This document shows positions 11,990 to 24,600 of a stretch of 64,000 nt of DNA, one piece after another. A model generated the notes under the pieces. It worked only from the letters and a program-made list of their open reading frames with translations, was not told the origin of the DNA and did no database searches. Source of the DNA: Phoronis australis (Eukaryota; Animalia; Phoronida). The translations under genes and the position numbers were made by a program. The stretch covers positions 432,423 through 496,422 of the forward strand of contig NMRA01000120.1 of assembly GCA_002633005.1 (NCBI GenBank), written 5' to 3'. Numbering within the stretch: position 1 is the stretch's first letter; every line of letters begins with the position of its first letter.

Positions 11990-12175
11990 ATGCTAATGAA
12001 GCATTACTGTTGTGCTGTGGGTTGCGACTACAGCTGGAGTAAGTTGGATAAACCTGACACCCGTGGACGCAGGTTCTTAATTTCTTTACCTTCCAGATAT
12101 CAATCAAAAACAAGAAAATACGGAGTTAGTGGATAACACAAGTTTGTCAGGTTAATTTCGAACCCAACAGAATCC
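11990..12175 (+). pseudogene. THAP domain remnant of a DNA transposon
   Basis: MKHYCCAVGC, then after a frameshift NFFTFQISIKNKKIRS*WITQVCQVNFEP. This matches the THAP pattern C-x4-C...FFxFP...RxxW...NFxP but lacks the CSxHF end. Confidence 0.65.
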
Positions 12176-12830
12176 CCTTTCTTGAAGATATTCTTTCAAT
12201 TCCGATACTTCAGAATGGTTGAAATCGGTAATATACACCTCAATGGTTTTCAACATGACCTGTGAAAATTTGCCTGATATTCCGAAATGAGGCATGTCCT
12301 TTCTTACCTCCGCAACATAGGAGAGTTCTACTGCTATGTAATAGGGGGCAGCCCTAGTGGTACACTGGCAATTGAATCTAAAAGAACGGCAACAGGCCAA
12401 CACTACAAATGCACGGCACTCTGGGTAAATACGGGGGCTGTAACAGAGAGGACACTATGGTACTCCGAAAAGTCATTAATTCGGCTGCTTCCATTCTGTA
12501 GTAAATTATCTTACAATTCCAACTGCAAGGTTATGATAGTAAGGAAATTTTAAGGTCTTGTTTTACTTTGAGCATATAACATGCTGTATTTAGACAAGTG
12601 TCAAAAACAGCACAAAGTTGATGCAAATGATCGCTCCACAAATTCAGCTACAGAATAACAGAATATTGACATTTTTGTAGCTGCACTGGTAAGCTATTCG
12701 AAGGTAGAGTGTTGGATGTAACTAGTAGTGCTCTTGTTAATTCTGCATGTATGCCGGGCCCTTGGGCGAAATTGTATTGTATTGACTGTGTTATTCTAGT
12801 ATTCGCTTATAGTATTCTTCTTTTTGCCAG

Positions 12831-13005
12831 CATTATTGACGCCCCCTACCCGGAGGTGACCACACACAAGTTCACTGACCAACCCAAGTCACATTCGGAA
12901 ATGTTCAACATGGCCGACGGATTTATCAGACGACTCATCAAATTTACGAAAACCATAGAAGAATTCCGCATGCTGACACAAGAGGACCAGATCGCATTAC
13001 TCAAG
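12831..13005 (+). CDS. NR1J: NR1J/HR96-type nuclear receptor, coding exon 5 (LBD helices 3-4)
   Basis: tttgccag acceptor and GTACGG donor. Contains the LBD signature IRRLIKFTKTIEEFRMLTQEDQIALLK. Confidence 0.95.
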
Positions 13006-14058
13006 GTACGGTACACGCCAAAAGTATTTAGATGAAAAGTGACCTGCAGTGCCTCCTCATGGCGGCTGGGTGGACACCACATTCACCATCAGAGTAGCCC
13101 CCTCTCTTGACCAGTGACTAAACCATTCTCTAATTACAATTTTTTACCCTAATAGTTATTAACAGTTATTTTTACTGTTAGCAAAATGAGCTGGGAAAAC
13201 GTTATTTGGCTCGATTGCTTTTAGCTTGTACTGTTTTCGAACAGTGGCCAGGTTTCAAAAGAAGCCAGTCTCTAATAGAACCCAGAAGATGGAGTGCATT
13301 GAACTCAGTACTCACCTAGTTTGTCATTTTGTTTGGTTGCCATAGCAACTAACATGAGAAGGATGTGAAAGACACATAATGACGTCCGAATGTCATTATT
13401 TAATTCCAGGTTTGGATCATTTCTGAAGTTAATAAACGCTAATAACCTTTCGTTAAAAGCATTACATTTGCGTGTCTTATGGTGACTAAGTTAGCATGGA
13501 TACATTTCAATCTAACAGTTGTGTAACTCACAAATACCTTGTTCTTGGCAATTATCTGAAGACAAAGCTCAATATTGACTAGCGTATAGTTGACTAACTA
13601 ATAGTTGACTGTAATAGCTTTAATTGTAGATAACTTAAAACCTGAGCTACTTAAGTAGTGCCAATGTGACCACTGTTAGTTAGTTCTTTAATAAGTACTT
13701 CTGTAGAGCGCAATATGACATACAAGGGAAATTTTATTTTTTCATTCATATTCATTGCAACATTTGCAGCACCAAATTACTGCTTCACCGTGCTCTAGTT
13801 TTTCACTACAAGTATCACCAAACAATGTTTTGAAAAATTGTTGGCAGTCACAATGCTTGACAAATGAAAATGGACAATTCCAGCGATTATTTTTGTCCAA
13901 AATAAACAAGATTTTACTGTAACAATGATTTGTTAGTTCTTCCAAAGCCCAGATATTATGTAGAAGTAGCGGAATACTATTTATTATTTATTATTATATA
14001 TTATTTAGAAGTAGACAGCGCGGTTATGCAGGATCCCAAAACGATTTCAAATTGGGAT

Positions 14059-14205
14059 AACTTTGGAGTGTCAAACCTCAGAAATTTCTAGTTGGTTTCG
14101 CTTGAAACTTTGGAGTGTCATACCTCAGAAATTTCTTGTAGGTTTCACTTGAAACTTTGGAGTGTCATACCTCAGAAATTTCTCGTTGGTTTCACTTGAA
14201 AGTTT
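14059..14205 (+). repeat. 47-bp minisatellite, 3 copies
   Basis: aactttggagtgtca(a/t)acctcagaaatttct at 14059, 14106 and 14153. Confidence 0.9.
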
Positions 14206-14799
14206 CGGGTACTTTGGTTTATACTCTGTTCCCCAAAATATTTTTGGGAATTATTTTAAACTCCACTAACAATCTTTGTGAGAAAACTCAAAAGTTGCGT
14301 AAAAGATGCATGGAAATGTGAATCAGAAAACTGTGACCGCATTTTTGGAGATTTTATCTTCCATATTTACATCAAATGAAATTTGACATGTTTCTGTTAC
14401 TGTTGGTTTGTTATCAGTAAACCTTTTTTGCAAAGTTTTACTAACAGGACTAGGTCATATGACCTAATTAATGACAAATTGGTAATAATTGAAAAATCAA
14501 ATTCTACGGACTTTCCACTTTCAGAAAGCATGTACTTTTGCCCTGCCAGTTAAAATCAATAGTTTTGTAGTCATTTGGGAAAGTACAAACCAAGTCTTGT
14601 TGACAAGGTCGTTGATAACGACCTCAACCGAGATGTCAACATTGAAAACAGCACAGAACTAATTACCTCCGTTCACCACGCTAATAAAGCTAATAACGCT
14701 AATAACGACCTGCTAACGCTGGCATCTTCTAGGAGACTGTCGAAAGAGGCTATGGCTATAAGATCGTATCGACACCTTTATTTCTTTAAGTGATCCAAT

Positions 14800-16637
14800 T
14801 CATAAGTTAGTGTTTTGACATCGGTGTGCGTCTGAGCATGGGAACATTAAGTGGCGACTTGTTTCAGTAAAAATAGGCATTTTCTGTGTCAAATGCGTGT
14901 TGATTGCATTCCTGGGCTCGGTAGTTCCATCTCTAAAATTTGCTGAAACGTGTTCTATCAAGGGTCCTAACTCCTTTTCTTAACATCTTTGTAGGACAAT
15001 ACTTATAAGCTGCAATTGGACCTTACAGCAAACATGTAAAGGTCAAGTTCCTTGGTACTCCAGGAAATAGTTACTGGCAGTGATAAGTCCTGATCCATTG
15101 CTTATAACCAGATAATCTGCAATTGACATTTGTATGTTGCTTTTACAAACTATGATTATTTTTTTGAAATCTGCTTGCAAAAATATTTATCCTGAGTGAA
15201 CTGTTAAAGTTTGAGAAAAAACTGTCAACGTTTCAATTTTCCATATTAAGTGAATTGTAAATGTTTTTAACCTTGAAAGTGCTTCGGTTAAGATTTGAAC
15301 ATTCGACACCTGAACAGGGGCAAAATGCAGCTTTGAAGTGACTACATAATATGGTGTTCTGTCCAAAAAAATGAACTTTTAATTATATCTCTTACTCCTA
15401 TAAAACTGGTTTCAGCTTTTTCCTTACTCAGATGAGAAGTGATTTCATGGTTTGCAAAGACGTGACAGTTTGTTATTTGTTGAGACAGTAAGGGACTTTG
15501 TATAGTGACACCGCATGATAAGACGATTTGTAGATCGTCATCTCAAATAGCCAATACTTGGTTCTTAAACAGAGCTGAAGATCCACTAGAGAGCTTTTCA
15601 CCACTTGGGGAAATGCATATAAACCAAAAGTATAGGAGAGAAATTCTTGTTCAGTGTGTTAGTACTTACAAAATCAAATTCCCTTGACATATGTGGAAAA
15701 CTGCAAATGGTCTTAGTGGTTTTATTTTGCCTCTTTTTACCTTCTCTAACTGCAACGAATCAAATCATCTGCCATCTTCTATCCTTAGTTGTTTACCTAA
15801 TGACGTCATGTAGTTACGCAAATGCCAGCCAATGAGCCCAGTGAATGCTTCAATTCACGAGTTCACCGGTCGGTTAAAAAATACAAATGACTGAGTGTCA
15901 AGTGAATAGTAAAAAGTCGAATCTTTTTTTAGATAACTTCTTTCAAAGGGGTTGATTTTTGTGCAGTTATATTCGCCGTATTAATTCTGGAGATAAATGT
16001 GTTCACACGATCTCAGTTTCGACGTGTGCAGGTTAATATTTGATGTGCAATTGGAATATGATATGTATGGCACGGGATTCTAAACTCTCACTGTACGAAC
16101 TTCCAACCCTATTGCTTTAAGGGTTGGTTTACCGATTACGTCTCAAACAACAACTGTCAGTTCTTCTGAACCCTGAATTAATCTTCAATTTGACAAAGGA
16201 ACAATTTGAGATCAGAACGGTAAGTGGTCTAAATCAAAAGCTGTGAAGTTTTCTGATGGAAGGTGGCTTTACAGTCACTTGAAGTAGCAGTATAGTGAAC
16301 ATGGAAAAATTAAAAGCTTGTCATTTATTTTTTGTTTGAATTCATAGGAGTTTTACTCTTGAAATCACCATTTACCTCTTTTTGACAAGTGACAAAATTG
16401 TCAGCATCATTGAACCTTCCTTTATAGTACTGCACATCACAATCATGAATTCAATATCCCAAAAACAAGAAAATAGACAAAGGCATAAGTTTCTTAGCTC
16501 CACAGATATGAGCATGATGTATGATCGTACCTGGCGCCAGTGTGTCATGTCCACCAACATTTTGCGATTTTCGTGTACAAACTTGAGCCATATCCGTGCT
16601 TCTCCGATGTCCTGTGTGTTGGTGACATTTTTTGATG
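14800..16637 (-). pseudogene. Candidate decayed multi-exon gene antisense within receptor intron 5
   Basis: AG/GT-bounded segments 16637-16531, 16429-16376, 15749-15670 and 15603-15428. The 101-bp and 66-bp introns are phase-compatible. A further frame of about 105 codons runs from 15117 with only two internal TAA. Confidence 0.4.
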
Positions 16638-17467
16638 CTGTAGATAATTAGTCTAATTAAAAGAAATGTTATGCAATTTTAGTGACTAGTGTATAATTAA
16701 TCAAACATATTGGTTGTTTACCAAAATTTGTAACCTCCTAGGAGTTCATGGGAAGTGATTCACCGCATGTCTGTTACCAGTTGTGGGATGTTTATAATAA
16801 CAATTGTGCCTTGTTTTGCAAGTTGTGTAACTTAAAGTCTTTGAAAACCTGTCAGCTTTGGGATGAGGCATTTCCGACAACAACAATAATCTGTTATTTG
16901 TCCATCGGAATTACTCAACTCTTGATTGTCCTGCACCATAATTGGTAATGACTTGGGTTCATTGCTGGAGTCCAGCAGATTGATTCACAGAATTGGTTTG
17001 GAACCAGCGACCTTGTTCAGAGAATTGTTTTGGAACTAGATGTAGCATTTAGAGGAAGTTTTGTGAGTTTTCATGTTTTGAGTTATCTCGCCCACCTTTC
17101 TTGTGTTCAGTATAAATATTCTGTTAGCTACTCTAGAATTCATATTGCTTGGAGAGAGGCTGCTGCTTGCTTCAAAAATATCACAGATACCCAGCGTTGG
17201 TAAGAGACAACTTTGTTTCTTGATGTTTTACTATAAACTTTGACTTTAGAAACAACTATTCTCAGTTCTTTGATTATTTGATTAACTCATAGAAAGTGTT
17301 GTAATAGAAATTGTTGTAACTACAAGTTTCTGCTAACTATTGTTTGTCAAATTGTGAGTTGATATAATATTATTAGATATGCAATTTTCTGTATTTTAGT
17401 ATGATGTATTTGGTACTTCAATTTGTATTAGATATTGCATTATCTTTATTAATTGTTTCAGGTTTAA

Positions 17468-17562
17468 CCGTATCGTGAATCGTAAATCGTTCACCGTATT
17501 GAAAATCGTATCTTACCGTATCGTAAGATAGTAGATCGTATCGTATCTTATCGTATCATATC
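17468..17562. repeat. Degenerate (ATCGT)n microsatellite
   Basis: Repeated tatcg/atcgt pentamers. Confidence 0.8.
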
Positions 17563-18151
17563 ATAAATAAAGTTTTATGAGCCAATGTTACGGTATTATT
17601 ATTATACGTGTGTAAACCGCTGGGTCAACAACAACAACAACAAGAGAGACATCTAATGTGCGTGCGACTGTACGCTACATTATACTGTGAATAAGTGAAA
17701 AGAGCTGCAGTGTGATCAAATACTAAATGGTCACAACCACCACAAACACTACACCTCGACATTCCTCATAATACTATAAAACACAAGAAAACCAGTAGAA
17801 AGTATGACGAATTTTCACTCTAAACATAATGGAGAATGACTAATGCTGTGCATGATTGGTTGTCTACATGGTATGTGTCAGCCAATAAATGCTGTAGTTG
17901 ATCTAATTGATACATGGTCAGATAGTGTTTGCAAGCGTTCTAATTTGACAGCTGATCCACTGTTGAGGTTGTTTTTGATGTTTTTGATATGAGGTTGGTG
18001 ATGTTAAGCACTTTAATGCTTGTCTTTGATTTCCAGGTCATGTGATCTGTAGTTCTGCAACAGATGGTCACATAATCGCTGTGATTCAACGGCGTGTTCA
18101 TTTGTAGTTCGCATGATCGCTGTGACTCAGTGGTGTATTCATTTGTTACAG

Positions 18152-18628
18152 GGTGGTATCATGGAGATCCTGGCACTGAGATCAGCGCTCAGCTTCGACA
18201 AGAACGCCATGGGCTACCGATACAAGGACAAGGAGGGCGCGCACAACCTGAAGATATCTCTGATCCAACAGGCGTCTGGCCAGGAACACTACCAGAACCA
18301 CGTGCGATTCGTCACATCGCTCAACGCTCTCGCCAAGTGGGACAGGGTCACCATGATATTATTATTTGTCATTGAACTCTTCTCGCCGGACCGGCTAAAC
18401 GTGCAGCGCAAGGACATCGTCACGTTTGTGCAAGAGAAATTCTCGGACCTTTTAAAAACGTACCTGGAGCACCAGTACCCCGTGAAGGAGGCGAGGGTGC
18501 TTTACCCCAAGTTGTTGTTGAAATTAACGGACGTCAGGAACTTGGGCGAAGGCACGTCGCGCCTGGCTGAACGCCTCAACAGTGCCAGCTTGGAGCCTCT
18601 TTTGGCTGAGATCTTCAACTTGAAGTAA
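18152..18628 (+). CDS. NR1J: NR1J/HR96-type nuclear receptor, coding exon 6 (LBD helices 5-12, stop)
   Basis: ttacag acceptor. Translates GGIMEILALRS...YPKLLLKLTDVRNL...LEPLLAEIFNLK then TAA, ending in an AF-2 helix (PLLAEIF). The spliced product is about 469 aa. Confidence 0.95.
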   Translation, partial: GGIMEILALRSALSFDKNAMGYRYKDKEGAHNLKISLIQQASGQEHYQNHVRFVTSLNALAKWDRVTMILLFVIELFSPDRLNVQRKDIVTFVQEKFSDLLKTYLEHQYPVKEARVLYPKLLLKLTDVRNLGEGTSRLAERLNSASLEPLLAEIFNLK

Positions 18629-21600
18629 ATAACACTCTAGTATTAACCGCTGAAGGTGTTTGTCACCTGTTAATGATCAAACGAGACTCGTCTGTAAAAC
18701 TACAGGTTCTATGCTGGCTTGTGATATGTTGAAATTGGACAGCGATGAGTGTGAGCAGAAGTTGATCTTCGTGCGATGACAGATTAAAGAGCAGGGTTTC
18801 GTTAGATCGTAACGCAGAGTGGAAGGTAAACCTCAGGATGTAAAGTTGAGCCCAACCAGTGCTTTTGATGTGTGTTCTGTTCAACAGAGGGGTTACACTT
18901 CTGACAGACGTACAGAGGGTCTCTCTTACCACAGGAGCACATGGGTTTTAAATTAGGTTGTTGCCAGACTCGGATTGTATTCTTCTAGCCACCATGTACT
19001 CAGGGACCTAGGGTGTCAATTCACCTGTAAGCCTATTCTAACTACAGTTGGCCCGTCTGTTCAGCATACTTGACCTGTCATCATTGTTCGTTACCTGTGT
19101 GATAAACATATATGCAGGTGATGCTCACACTTTGTAACTGTTGGTCTTGTAACATAATGAAGTGTCTCCGTGCTATTACATAGATACCGAACGATAGCGG
19201 GACTGAATTGGAGGCTATGGAATGTGATCTAAGACTACAGGAAGTGATTCAGGTATTCATCAAACTCATGTTACAGGTGTAATGTTAAGTACACACGACT
19301 GTCTTGCCAAAATACAGGCGTCACCCGTGACTCGTTCCATGTAATTATTTCATATTTGGGCTCAGTGTGAAGTCAGTGCTACACAGTCTCGACTGTGCAA
19401 AATGATGGGAGCCAGAAAACAATGTGTGTTAGATTCTTGACTTATTATGTGACTGGCCCACTGGCGTTCCCTCATACATGATTATCTCAATATTTGATGG
19501 TCATTTAGCAAATGGTGACCTCCCCAGGCATGTGTTCGGTGGACACGAGAATCTCGCAAACAAGCAACATCTCGCAAAATCCTGCAAGTGGAAGGGAGTG
19601 TTTCTGCAAGTATGCTCAGTCGGGAGCTTATTAGCCTACTCTTGAAAAATGGTGACCAATTAAGTGATGATTGGTCGGTAAGGTTTGAATGTTGATTTAT
19701 GGGATAGAATTCACTGTTTCTGATCCGTAAGCGAAAATTTCTAACCACAAGTGCTTCATCAGTGTCTTAGGTCTATGGAATGCAGCCCTGGGGCACAGAA
19801 TTAGGCAAATTGTGAGTGTTCAACAAGAGCATGGTTATAGTAGTTTTCAAAATAAATATTGTACAATGTCAAAATTTAACATAGTTTTGGTGCACAAAAC
19901 TGCAACTAAATATCCATTTTATTTTCCACTAGAGTCTGTTTCAATTCTGACTAAATCTCAACAAGTGCTGCTCCTTCAAAGTTGTTGAAATTGTGACAAC
20001 TCACTGCATAAGTCCATTCACTTAAATCAACAATTTGGGATGTCGCAATAATGCCACATTAACTCCGTTCAAAAAAGTTTGACACAATAATTGTACTGCG
20101 ATAAATGTTCGACTGAACTGCCAAATAATTCTGGCAAGATTTTTATCCAATTCGGGCAGAGTTTAGTCTAAGTCTGCCTACCGTAGTTTATTTTGAAAAC
20201 TACTCTAGCCGTCCAATTAGCGGTTGCCACGTTATGATTTTAGGCTCGGTTGGTTGTCTTCTTGCTTGCCAATATCTGACGAGATCTTGCGTAATCTTGC
20301 CAAACTTGCGAGTAATGCGCGATTTGATTGTCATTAGGTGGGGCTAGTGAAAACCTGTTTGCCTTGTTATTGTCTGAATAGACTGGCAACAGAAAGACTA
20401 GCACTTGCCCCCATCGTTGCATCTGTGGAAAAACGGTCCTATATGACCTGAATGTAGGTGTAACTGTTATTTCAGTAGTGCCACCTAGTGGATTTTGAGC
20501 TTTTCATTAGCCCCATTGGATGTGGCTTGTGATCACTGTTGAAACCAGTCGTACGGTAATACTCCACTTATTTTGCATAAAAATAATTGCTGATATTGTA
20601 GTTTTTCTATTTTTCAAAATGAAAAATACACTAAAAGTTGCTTTATGATATATATATATACACTCTACTATCCTTGCTAGTAATAGACTAAAATTATATT
20701 AAAATTTAATTTTGTGGAGAAATTTGAAAAAAAAAAACAGAATTTCACGTGTCAGTTATGTTGTGTGCAGAATATGTGAAGAATTACCATATAACGAGCA
20801 AGTTTATGTTTGGAGGCAAAAATTCATCCGATTAGAAACTGCGGTGCGACAGCGGTTGGGCTTAAGGCAGCTTTAATGCTTTATCTGTAGTACTTGTAGC
20901 GGGATCTTCCCTAGTCAACTACCCGGACAGGTGACCCCTTTCATCTGTCAGGTTCCCCTTGACTTGTCGAGTGACCCCTTAACCTGTCATGTGTAGCCTT
21001 GGCCTTCCTGTACACAAACAAACACGGTGTCTAATATTGAATCCTGAAGGTTCTTTTTCAGTCTTGTCAAAAATTATTTCTTGATCACTGTTGCATTTTG
21101 GGAATCTAATGTATGACCCCCTTAATTTTGAATTCAAGATGGCTGGGGCCAATGACTTCCTCTGAAGAGTTCAGTGTTGGGTCTGAGTAGTTCACGCTTA
21201 ATCTTTCTCCTCCCCCCAGTAATGTTTGCCTTCCCATCGTCCTCTAAAAATTTTCCCCTGCTATCCAGTGAATGGATTCATTGTTTTAAAGATGAGGAAG
21301 GTTTACCATAGATAAAAGTCATGTTGAGCTGGTATTGATAGCAAGTATTACACATAAGACCCCACTGTACCCTAGAGAATTATACCGGATGTCAGATGAT
21401 GGACGTAACCATTCATCCAGGTGAATAAGTGGATGTAAAGAATATAAATCACATCTTTTGGAACTTACTGTAAAATAATTTTCCTGACGTTGGTGAGCCC
21501 CAGGCTCCTACTGGGTGTTGATCACTGACTGGTTCTCGCAGTGTTCATATACAACAAATGCAAAGCCCTGGACCAGAAAGTTTCAGAAGCTGTCATTTGT

Positions 21601-24600
21601 AATTTTCTCACATCGGGTAAATATGTATTTTAAATCTTCAGCCGCATTCCTCTCATTAAAAAATGGAGCAAGATCCTCCGTGGACTGGACGGACAATCAG
21701 GCTCCTTGGCAAAACATAGCAATACTGTTTACTGGTTTGGTGACTAGTTTTGCTGTAATTTTTTAATACGTTGCTTATTAGAAATTAGATATTATCTACT
21801 CCATGTTTTGAGATTTGATCACCTTTCGATTTCTTGGTTCTTTCGATGTGTGCAAAGCGGTGCTTTTTCTGGCCTGGTGCGTAAACAATGTCTGTTTGGA
21901 GTCTTTCCTATTTTTGAAATGATAATGCTTGGTGTTAGGTTAGTTCTTGGCTTCGACCATGGCTGTTCCTTATTGATTGTACGTAGGGCCCCTTTTCATT
22001 AGAGGCTGAATTTGACTCTTAGCTACGTTAGTGGACCCTTAGTCCCTGGGGGAGCCCTAAGGACCCACTTATTTGCTTATTAGGCAGACTGACCCTTGAC
22101 GGTAGTAAAAGTCACATAAGATGGATCCAACAGGACCGCCAGATTTCATCTGACTAAAGCAAAATATGACTTACATGAACTAGAACAATTGTACTATTGA
22201 ACTTAGGTCAGTGAGTCTGACTTGTGCACGTCTGACTAATGTGACTTATACTGTAGTTGCTGTTGATGAGGACGGTTGATAGAATTCCAAATGCTTTACC
22301 TGTGTGTGGCTTAAATATGTTGTGCCTTTTCAACTTCATGCGTGACTTTGTCGTGAGCACAGGATAGTGATTAATGGCATAGGAGATTGTTAGTAGTGTC
22401 ATGAAGAACTGTAATGATGTTTGTAAGAGTCGGATGTAACGAGCCCTGATACACCTTTAATTGCATCACTGTTAATACAAGGTCGCGTTTCACTGAAAAA
22501 AAACATGGGGATGCAAACATCTCGAGAATGAAAAAGTGTACCGCAGAAACGAGATTTTTATAGGTAGCCTGAAGCCTAGCGCATCCGACGATTCCCATAG
22601 GCCAGTTTAAGGGGACCCGGGCCGTTCCAGGCCCAACCAGAAAGAAAAGAAAATGGAGGCCAACATAGGATTTTAGAAGTACAGTAAGTTGACAGAAAAT
22701 TTTGCTTTGAAAAATTGTGGTTGGGCCCCACCCCATCACGACAACCTAGATCCCCCAGTAGTAACAAAATGTAACTTAATTTGAAGCTGAGTAATTTAAC
22801 GTAAAGTAGGACTGTGACACCCGACTATTACAATTCACAATTACATGTTACACATTTACTTGGTAATTATCTGATCTAAAGTTACATCCTACTGTTAAGG
22901 ATAAGAACAATTTCTAATCCTTCTGTGAATTAATGCTGTTAAACACGCTTGCAGGCACGGATCCAGGATCACGACCAGGGGGTTTAGCAATGGATTGATA
23001 TGGTGGACACTCCCCGGAAGCTATATGAAAGTGGCCGAGGAGTCTGTCCATACCCCGAATTCCCCCAGATCTCCTTTGGTCTTTGCCTGCAAGTGCTGAG
23101 TCCTTTTTTTCTGAGCTTTGCTCAGCAGGACATTCGGAATGACCAGTGTTGAACATTTTCTTCAGTATGCTATATTAAGATTTTCTCACTTCTAATTCTA
23201 TGGTATTTTATTTTCAGCAGCAGTGCTGATCGTTTACTTTTAATCTAAATTGAGGTAAAATGGTAGGGGAGTACGCCACAGTTGTCGAGTTTTTAATATC
23301 GTTCGTTATCTATTTTATATTGACTTCACACTGGTGAATCGTTGAAAAGATTATTTTTGTGTTTTTTGTTGTATTGACACAATACTGTTTGAATAATAAT
23401 AATAAACAATTGTAATAATAATAACTGAATACTAACATACGTTTGGTCATTGTTTGCTTCTTCACATTTTTTTCACTGCGGAAATCTGCAATTTTATCAT
23501 ACACTTTGTCTTGTGTGCATCGCTCTACTCACGCCAGGCTTAATCACTGGTCGTTTTACTAATGTTCACATATTATTTTCACTGACGTTGTTGCTAACTA
23601 TGTTGCTAACTATTCAACCGACATCGCAAACATCGACCAATGGAAAAAGTGTTTCCCGCACGAATTGAACTGTTGTGCCTTTGCGATAGATGTCTCTGCA
23701 TGCATTTCGGAGTTGCACTCTTCCACAGTTCCATTAAAGGTATGTCAGTATAGGTGGCGCTGTGTCAGAGGGTACTGCGGGGTGAAACCAAAGACGGGCT
23801 GACCCGAGAGTACATATCAGTATATGGAGGTGGCTCACTCGCGCCTTGACCCTCAGATTGGTCTTTTACAGCTAGAGCCCATGCGAAATATTGACATCTG
23901 TATTAAGTTCCCAACGAAAGCCTTCATTTTCTGGTTGGAACTTTGCATCAAAACTCTACTTAGGGGTTAACGGGAATAAACCTGCCCCTTGTCATAAACT
24001 AAGTTTTGCTTTTGCACTTTCTCGCTCGACGTTGCCATTCGCTGCAAAGCGTATCTTTCGAGAAAACGTTGATTTTGGCCACTTAGTGTTATAAACCCGG
24101 CTCATCCTGTTCCTTTATCGAATTAGAACCGATTTCTCGACTTGTGAAGAACGGACAGATCGTTATTGATTCAGACGTGGAACAGTAAGTTGACTGTCAC
24201 GGGTTTAGTTTTAGTCGCCAATGTATTACCGCACTCAAGAGACTTCCAGATCATGTTTGCGACTGACAGCGACTAATTTCAATTTGAACAAAAGATTAGA
24301 GTGCGATGACGTTATTATGGAAGAACAAAAGACTACCCTTGTAAATACTAAGGTGATGTTTTAACACCGGCGACATGGTTTTTTGTGACAGTCCAGGTTT
24401 ATTCACTCGCAGTAAACAGCATAGGTGTTTTATGTGGATTCAAACCACATAACAGGATTATTTCATCGGAAAATTCCGAATTACGAAAGAGGGAATGGAT
24501 CCATTTTAGAAGTATTTGCTCCGGCTGTAAAAGGTCCAGGTTTCCGTCTCGTCGACTCTCTAAAACAATTCATTATCCTAATCACACCGCTAAAAAGAAA

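Noticed and set aside
20676-20790. Similarity to about 62661-62765
   Set aside because: An ordinary degenerate dispersed repeat fragment with no ends or coding signal.
22914-23156. 80-aa minus ORF
   Set aside because: It runs through a small caggc...gcctg MITE-like insertion and has no recognisable domain.
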